Below are positions 57,861 to 64,000 of a stretch of 64,000 bases of DNA, piece after piece. A model generated the notes under the pieces. The model was not told where the DNA came from and did not search any database. It saw only the letters and a program-made list of their open reading frames with translations. A program made the translations under genes and the position numbers. Within the stretch, counting starts at the first letter, position 1; the number at the start of each line of letters is the position of its first letter. The stretch is taken from NCBI GenBank assembly GCA_049852185.1, contig CP187540.1, one strand, 5' to 3'. Origin of the DNA: Methanocaldococcus sp. 28A. Its GTDB lineage: Archaea > AGJL01 > Methanococci > Methanococcales > Methanocaldococcaceae.

Positions 57861-57916
57861 CCATGTTCTTCATGATTTTTATACTTAATCTATAAAAACA
57901 GGGAAACGGTGATACT

Positions 57917-58024
57917 ATAAAGAGGAGTTCAAGAAGATGGAAAAAGAAAGGAAGAATGAGATGGAAATGGTATAAGAAAAGATTAAGAAGGTTAAAGAGA
58001 GAGAGAAAGAGAGCCAGGTCATAA
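57917..58024 (+). CDS. rpl41e: Ribosomal protein L41e (eS32); probable ATA start, internal ATG at 57956
   Basis: (I/M)[34 protein letters not shown]; SD context GGTGATACT-ATA. Confidence 0.9.
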   Translation: MKRSSRRWKKKGRMRWKWYKKRLRRLKRERKRARS

Positions 58025-58138
58025 TATTGAGATTTTATTAATGTCTTTTATGTTATTTTTAATTTAATATTAATTCATTATTCTTTTTATTTTTATACAA
58101 AAACTAATTTATAAATTTAAATTAATTACTGTGAGAGT

Positions 58139-58576
58139 ATGAAAGTTGAAGGTTTAACTAAAAAAATTATGGAACATTTAAAAGAGCCAATAACAATTAA
58201 AGAATTAGCAAAAAAACTAAATATCCATCCAAAAAACTTAGATGTTAAAATTAGGGTTTTAAGAGATTTAGGATTAGTAGAGACAAAAAAAGGTAGGAAT
58301 GGTGGAGTTAGATTAACAAAAGAAGGATTATATCTATTAGAAAAGGGAGAAATTACATTAGGAGCATTAAAATTACAGATTGTAGCTAAGGATAGAATTG
58401 GTTTATTGGCTGATATAACTTCAAGAATATCTAGGATTGGTGGGAATATTACTTCAACAGTTCTTGAGAGAGATGGAGAAAATGTAGTTATCTATTTAAT
58501 TGTAGAAAATGTAGATAAGGATGAAATAAAAAAGGCCTTAGAGGATGTTGTTAAAAAAATCTCTATTATTTGGTGA
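58139..58576 (+). CDS. Winged-helix plus ACT-domain transcriptional regulator
   Basis: ITIKELAKKL..GLVETKKGRNGG followed by DRIGLLADIT..GGNI. Confidence 0.85.
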   Translation: MKVEGLTKKIMEHLKEPITIKELAKKLNIHPKNLDVKIRVLRDLGLVETKKGRNGGVRLTKEGLYLLEKGEITLGALKLQIVAKDRIGLLADITSRISRIGGNITSTVLERDGENVVIYLIVENVDKDEIKKALEDVVKKISIIW

Positions 58577-58582
58577 GTTGTT

Positions 58583-59128
58583 ATGATAGAGGTTGAGATT
58601 AAGGTAAAGATTGACGATAAAGATAAAGTGATAGAGCAGTTAAAAAATCTTGGATTTAAATTTATTAAGAAGAAATTTCAAGAGGACATATATTTCAATG
58701 GAATTGATAGAGATTTTATGGAAACTGATGAAGCTTTAAGAATTAGAAATGAAGATGGTAATTTCTTTGTCACTTATAAAGGACCAAAAATAGATAAAAT
58801 ATCAAAAACAAGGGAAGAGATTGAAGTAAAAATAGAAGATAAAGAAAAGATGAGACAGATATTTAAAAAACTTGGATTTAAAGAAGTTCCACCAATTAGA
58901 AAGATTAGAGAGATTTACAAAAAGGGGGATATAGAGGCAAGTATTGATGATGTTGAGGGTTTAGGTTTATTCTTAGAATTAGAAAAGACAATATTCGATA
59001 TTAATGAAAAAGATAGGGTTTTGAATGAACTAATGGATATACTGAAAAGTTTAAATATTAGTAATGACAATATCATTAGAAAATCATACTTAGAACTAAG
59101 GGGGGAGTATGAAAAGCTCAAAAATTAG
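58583..59128 (+). CDS. CYTH-domain (class IV adenylate cyclase-like) protein
   Basis: EVEIK, DIYF, LRIR, TYKGP, FLELE and KSYLEL motifs. Confidence 0.88.
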   Translation: MIEVEIKVKIDDKDKVIEQLKNLGFKFIKKKFQEDIYFNGIDRDFMETDEALRIRNEDGNFFVTYKGPKIDKISKTREEIEVKIEDKEKMRQIFKKLGFKEVPPIRKIREIYKKGDIEASIDDVEGLGLFLELEKTIFDINEKDRVLNELMDILKSLNISNDNIIRKSYLELRGEYEKLKN

Positions 59129-59207
59129 TAAAAGGCAATTATTAGCAATATTTGTAGCTCTAATTATAATATTATCAGTAATCCCTGTATTTTTAATGGG
59201 TATTTAA
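59109..59207 (+). CDS. Putative 32-aa single-pass membrane protein (missing from ORF track)
   Basis: MKSSKISKRQLLAIFVALIIILSVIPVFLMGI*, preceded by a GGGGGAG SD; overlaps the end of the CYTH gene. Confidence 0.55.
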   Translation: MKSSKISKRQLLAIFVALIIILSVIPVFLMGI

Positions 59208-59218
59208 ATATGAGGTGA

Positions 59219-59419
59219 ATGATGGCTGAAAATAAATATGAAGAGTATGTTACCTTTGGATTAATTGGATTAATTTTAGTAATAATTGGTGCTTTAATAT
59301 CTATCATTAATGAGAAACTTATAGCATTAGTATGGACTTTGATTGGTAGTGGAATTGCGATTATATGGTTAAGTTTTCATAAAGTATCTCATGAAAAACG
59401 TAGAGAAATAGAAAAATAA
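59219..59419 (+). CDS. Small two-TM hypothetical protein
   Basis: GAGGTGA SD; two hydrophobic segments. Confidence 0.7.
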   Translation: MMAENKYEEYVTFGLIGLILVIIGALISIINEKLIALVWTLIGSGIAIIWLSFHKVSHEKRREIEK

Positions 59420-59441
59420 TATAATAATAAAATTTATCTAA

Positions 59442-60250
59442 TAGGACTTTCGTATCTACATTTAACTACTTAGATTAACGATAGACCTATTTCTTAACAG
59501 AGAGAATATATCATTGCCAACAGCCATTCGATTTAGTTTTCTTCTAAGTTTATACCCACTAAATATTTTTATCGATTCTAATTTTCTCTAAGAGGTAAAA
59601 AGCTCTCATAGAAAGGGAGGTATGACCTAAAATTGGAAATTTTCTTCTAACGAAGAAATTACCTATATTACAGCACTGTTTAACACCTCTATGGAATTAC
59701 TCGATTCTCCAAGAGGCGTTTTTGACATCTTGGAATTCTTCGAAAGACATAAATAGGTTATTAGTTATATAATATCTTGCCTTTCCGTTTTTGGAAAGGC
59801 AGAAGAGTCTGACATAGCCAACTTTTCGTAGATAAACGATTAATCCATTCTTAGGATTTTCCTTAATGTCTTCGATTGATACCCACTCTCTGTTTTTGGA
59901 GAGTTTTATCTTTCTATTCTTTTTAATTCTGCAGAGGTAGAATAAACCTAAACTATCGATAAGTTTTAAGTTATCTTTACTTGAATACCAACTATCGAAA
60001 CAGATATATCTAATATTTAATCCTTTATCTACTAAAGACTTTATTATCTCCCTACATAAATTATTTTTCGTCTTTCCATCTCTTGGTCTGTCATATACTC
60101 TAAAATCGATTGGAATAATATGTTTTCCATTTGTAATTATACAATCAACGATATGTATACCTTCAATTACTCGTTTATGTAGTCATTTTTAGCATATTCC
60201 TCCCAAAATAAACTTTTGTTTCGAAAAATTATAACATCTGATAAAAATAG
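59442..60250 (-). pseudogene. IS701-family transposase remnant with right terminal repeat
   Basis: Minus strand gives GIHIVDCIIT..IIPIDFRVYDRPRDGKTKN..ICFDSWYSSKDNLK..RIKKNRKI with frameshifts; ends ..ACGAAAGTCCTA. Left boundary approximate. Confidence 0.78.
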
Positions 60251-60358
60251 ATTATCATGAAATGTCTTATAAAAAAAAGGTATTTAAAGAAGTTTTGAAA
60301 TAAATTTTAATAAATTTTATTATTATTAAGAACTATTTTTTATTTTTTTATTTAAATA

Positions 60359-60565
60359 TTAAATCTTCCCTTCTAAAACAAGCTTTGCAAATGTTTCAAA
60401 ACTTCTATCATATGTTTTTTCTACATCAGGTGGGAAACAGCAAGCAGGTAACTGTCTATTTTTTAAATGATAATGCAAACATTCACAGCACATTCCCTTT
60501 TTAGAGCATGAAGGATAACTGCAATTACACCTATTTAAATTAGTTTCTTTGTTAGGACATTCCAT
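60359..60565 (-). CDS. Small Cys-rich conserved protein
   Basis: [27 protein letters not shown]; GGTGA SD. Confidence 0.8.
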   Translation of the reverse strand: MECPNKETNLNRCNCSYPSCSKKGMCCECLHYHLKNRQLPACCFPPDVEKTYDRSFETFAKLVLEGKI

Positions 60566-60577
60566 TTTATCACCAAT

Positions 60578-61030
60578 TTAATTTTTTTGATTTTCTTCTA
60601 AGCTTTTTAAGAAATTAGCAATCTTATTAACTAAAATTTCTGCCTCTTCTTCATTTGTAGGGTATTTAACTCTCAATATTGGAATATTTTTTCTTCTTAC
60701 TAAATAGAGTGTCAATTCGTTTGTTCTTTGGCATCCAATGCATCCAAAGGCAATAGGAGCATCTTCCATTATTATTGCTGCTTCAGCCTCTTCAATTAAT
60801 GGACCAATTAAAGCCATTCTTCCTCTAACACCAGAAGGAACTTCTACAGCAGCATATTTTAAACCCTTTTTTGGTTCTTCATCGGTTATGTTCATAGGAG
60901 GGCTGTCTATTTCTGGATTCCTAACTAATTTTCCCATAACTATATTTAGGTTTAATGGCTTATGTCCTAATCTTTCAACTAAATCTGTTAATATTAAACT
61001 ATTTGGGGGATATATGAATATTTTTTTCAT
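60578..61030 (-). CDS. Methanogenesis marker protein 5
   Basis: [35 protein letters not shown] and [12 protein letters not shown]. Confidence 0.85.
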   Translation of the reverse strand: MKKIFIYPPNSLILTDLVERLGHKPLNLNIVMGKLVRNPEIDSPPMNITDEEPKKGLKYAAVEVPSGVRGRMALIGPLIEEAEAAIIMEDAPIAFGCIGCQRTNELTLYLVRRKNIPILRVKYPTNEEEAEILVNKIANFLKSLEENQKN

Positions 61031-61048
61031 TCCATCACCTTAAAAATT

Positions 61049-61435
61049 TTATTTTGGAAAAGCATCTTCAGGAAGGAACTTATATAATTCAGGTCTTCTT
61101 GAAATAGCTATAACATCTTCAAATATTCCTGCTGTTATATCAACTACACCAATAGCACCTACTACTTTATCCCCATCTTTTATAGGAGCTACAATAACTG
61201 GAAGTCCAGCATAAGGTCCTACAATAGGTGTAGCTCTAATAACTTTCCCTTCTTTAATTGCTAATTTTAAAACATAACCTTCATAGTTTGTATCTACAAC
61301 TTCTCCTTTTTCTAATCTGACCCCAGGTTTGTTTTTACTTCTCATAGATACAGGAAGTTTATTAACTAAGATATGGACAGCTTGAGCTATAGGTAATATT
61401 TCTTTTGCTTCAGCATTTTCAGATATATTTATCAT
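61049..61435 (-). CDS. DUF2111-like methanogen protein
   Basis: LPVSMRS..PGVRLEKG and GPYAGLPVIVAPI..AIGVVD. Confidence 0.72.
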   Translation of the reverse strand: MINISENAEAKEILPIAQAVHILVNKLPVSMRSKNKPGVRLEKGEVVDTNYEGYVLKLAIKEGKVIRATPIVGPYAGLPVIVAPIKDGDKVVGAIGVVDITAGIFEDVIAISRRPELYKFLPEDAFPK

Positions 61436-61639
61436 TCTTCCCACCTAAAAATCTTTAAGTAATAGTTCAATAATTTTAATTTTTAAGTTATTCTATATAG
61501 GACTTTCGCACATTAATAAACTTATGTCATAATAACTCTAAATACTATAATACTACTATATACTATATTATTAAGCTTGATTAAGGTCTTAATGTTTAAT
61601 AGCAAAGCATATTTTTAATTTTTTATAGAGGTGGAAAAA

Positions 61640-62542
61640 ATGGAAAAAATTACCTGTGTAGGGCATACAGCTCTTGATTATATTTTCAATGTGGAAAAAT
61701 TTCCAGAACCTAATACTTCAATTCAAATTCCTTCAGCAAGAAAGTATTATGGAGGAGCTGCAGCAAATACAGCAGTAGGAATAAAAAAACTTAGGGTAGA
61801 TACTGAACTTTTATCATGTGTTGGCTATGATTTTAAAAACAGCGGATATGAGAGATATTTAAAGAATTTGGGAATAAATATTTCTAAACTTTATTATTCT
61901 GAAGATGAAGAAACACCAAAAGCATGGATATTTACAGATAAAGATAATAACCAAATTACTTTCTTCTTATGGGGAGCAGCTAAGCACTATAAAGAATTAA
62001 ATCCACCAAACTTCAATACAGAAATTATCCATATAGCTACTGGAGACCCAGAATTCAACCTAAAATGTGCAAAAAAAGCTTATGGGAATAATTTAGTATC
62101 TTTCGACCCTGGGCAGGATTTACCACAATATTCAAAAGAAAATTTATCAGAGATGATTGCGCATACAAACTTTTTGTTTATGAATAGGCATGAATTTGAA
62201 AGAGCCTCAAAGTTATTGAATTTTGAAATTAATGATTACTTAGAGAGAGTTGATGCATTAATAGTAACAAAAGGTTCTAAAGGTAGCGTAATATACACCA
62301 AAGATAAAAAAATAAAGATTCCATGTATTAAAGCCGAAAAAGTTATTGACCCTACAGGTGCTGGAGATAGTTATAGAGCAGGATTTTTATCAGCTTATGT
62401 TAAAGGATATGATTTGGAGAAATGTGGTTTAATTGGAGCTGCAACCGCTTCATTTGTTGTTGAGGCAAATGGTTGTCAAACAAATTTACCAACATGGGAT
62501 AAAGTTGTTGAAAGATTAGAAAAAAATGGATTTAAAATCTGA
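61640..62542 (+). CDS. PfkB-family nucleoside/carbohydrate kinase
   Basis: GGAAANTA, FDPGQ and DPTGAGDSYRAG motifs. Confidence 0.9.
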   Translation: MEKITCVGHTALDYIFNVEKFPEPNTSIQIPSARKYYGGAAANTAVGIKKLRVDTELLSCVGYDFKNSGYERYLKNLGINISKLYYSEDEETPKAWIFTDKDNNQITFFLWGAAKHYKELNPPNFNTEIIHIATGDPEFNLKCAKKAYGNNLVSFDPGQDLPQYSKENLSEMIAHTNFLFMNRHEFERASKLLNFEINDYLERVDALIVTKGSKGSVIYTKDKKIKIPCIKAEKVIDPTGAGDSYRAGFLSAYVKGYDLEKCGLIGAATASFVVEANGCQTNLPTWDKVVERLEKNGFKI

Positions 62543-62578
62543 AATTCGTCGTCAAATATTAAAATTATGAGGGATATT

Positions 62579-63499
62579 ATGGATATAGAAGAGAGAATAA
62601 ACAAATTAAAGGAAGAAAAAAATGCAATAATTTTAGCTCACAACTACCAGCCAAAAGAAATACAGAAAATAGCTGATTTTTTAGGGGACTCTTTAGAACT
62701 CTGCATTAAGGCAAAGGAAACAGATGCTGATATAATAGTATTTTGTGGAGTAGATTTTATGGGAGAGTCTGCTAAAATCTTAAATCCTGATAAGAAAGTT
62801 TTAATGCCAGAGATTGAAGGAACTCAATGCCCAATGGCTCATCAGCTAACTGCAGAAATTATAAAAAAATATAGAGAAAAATATTCAGAGGCTCCATTAG
62901 TTGTTTATATAAATACAACAGCTGAAACTAAGGCATTGGCGGATATAACTTGCACATCAGCAAATGCAGATAAAGTTGTTAATTTTTTAGAAGCAGAGAC
63001 AATTTTGTTTGGTCCAGATAACAACTTAGCTTATTATGTGCAGAAAAGAACTGATAAAAAAATTATTCCAATTCCAGAAGGAGGGGGTTGTTATGTGCAT
63101 AAAAAATTCACAATGGAGGATTTAAAGAGAGTTAAAGAGAAATATCCAAATGCTAAAGTTTTAATTCATCCAGAGTGTAGCCCTGAATTGCAAGATAATG
63201 CCGATTATATAGCAAGCACAAGTGGAATATTGAAAATAGTGTTAAATAGTGAGTATGAAGAGTTTATTATTGGAACTGAAGTGGGAATGATTAATAGAAT
63301 AGAATTAGAGCTTGAAAAAATAGGTAAAAAGAAAACTCTCATTCCATTAAGAGAAGATGCTATTTGCCATGAGATGAAAAGAATAACCTTAGAAAAGATA
63401 GAAAAATGTCTCTTAGAAGAGAAGTATGAGGTTAGATTAGACAAAGGTATTATTGAAAAAGCTCGAAAAGCTATTGAAAGAATGTTGGAAATTAAATAA
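62579..63499 (+). CDS. nadA: Quinolinate synthase
   Basis: ILAHNYQ, FCGVDFM, CPMA, YINT and HPEC motifs. Confidence 0.95.
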   Translation: MDIEERINKLKEEKNAIILAHNYQPKEIQKIADFLGDSLELCIKAKETDADIIVFCGVDFMGESAKILNPDKKVLMPEIEGTQCPMAHQLTAEIIKKYREKYSEAPLVVYINTTAETKALADITCTSANADKVVNFLEAETILFGPDNNLAYYVQKRTDKKIIPIPEGGGCYVHKKFTMEDLKRVKEKYPNAKVLIHPECSPELQDNADYIASTSGILKIVLNSEYEEFIIGTEVGMINRIELELEKIGKKKTLIPLREDAICHEMKRITLEKIEKCLLEEKYEVRLDKGIIEKARKAIERMLEIK

Positions 63500-63546
63500 T
63501 ATTGGATTAGATAATAATTAAATAATAAGTATATGGAGAGATATAT

Positions 63547-63912
63547 ATGAGAGTGGAAGAAACTGAAATCTTCAAAAAATATTTTAAAAATTTAACAGAT
63601 AGGGAGAGAGCAGTTTTTGAAGGAGGCATTACCTTAGGAGCTTTATTTCATCAATTTGTTGGAACTCCAGTTAGCAAAGATAATAAAGAATCATTAGAAA
63701 GAGCTATAGAAGAGGCTATGAAAAATCAGCCATGTGTTTATGATATAAAAGTTAAAATTAAAAATGTTGGAGAAAAATATGTTTCTTTGGATGGAAAGAT
63801 GTTAGATGTTGATTTAAAAATAAAAATAAATAAAACTATTGCCCATTTAAAACTTGAATATATTCCAGATATTGATTATCCATTAATGTATGTGAAAAAA
63901 TTTGAGGAATAA
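63547..63912 (+). CDS. mptD: Archaeal dihydroneopterin aldolase
   Basis: RERAVFEGGITLGALFHQFVGTPV and YPLMY motifs. Confidence 0.87.
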   Translation: MRVEETEIFKKYFKNLTDRERAVFEGGITLGALFHQFVGTPVSKDNKESLERAIEEAMKNQPCVYDIKVKIKNVGEKYVSLDGKMLDVDLKIKINKTIAHLKLEYIPDIDYPLMYVKKFEE

Positions 63913-64000
63913 ATATTTATTTTGCTAATTACAGATTTTTGGAATATAATATTAAATATAGAAATTATTTAGGTGAATGGTATGAAAAAGTTTGTTTTTA

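Noticed and set aside
61542-61570. ATACT(AT)-type short tandem repeat
   Set aside because: Low-complexity AT-rich sequence, probably within a decayed family-B MITE.
63982-64000. Start of an ORF (MKKFVF) after an AGGTGA SD
   Set aside because: Truncated by the window edge and too short to identify.

Overview
AT-rich archaeal chromosome segment from a hyperthermophilic methanogen. Gene content, the type M RNase P RNA and GGTGA Shine-Dalgarno motifs point to Methanocaldococcus. It is mostly housekeeping genes (cobN, tal, hisC, pfdA, ileS, trm1, eif2a-nop10, pyrE, cca, asnB, cobY, dapF, sufC/sufB-like, rps15, rpoF, rpl21e, pus10, pcn, dapA, gatC, nadA, mptD), plus a complete minus-strand rRNA operon (16S, tRNA-Ala, 23S, 5S) followed by RNase P RNA, and tRNA-Val. 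Several things are missing from the ORF track: a box C/D sRNA and a box H/ACA-type RNA whose guides both match the same 23S segment in this window; a K-turn-rich region upstream of rpl41e, which appears to start at an ATA codon; nop10; and a small membrane ORF. Accessory material includes an EVE-like/PD-(D/E)XK nuclease gene, an intein in an EndoQ-family gene, IS remnants (ISH3, IS6, IS481, IS701, possibly IS5) and two families of short palindromic MITE-like elements, one of which shares its terminal repeat with the IS701 remnant. No CRISPR array was seen. All calls come from reading the sequence, with no database searches.
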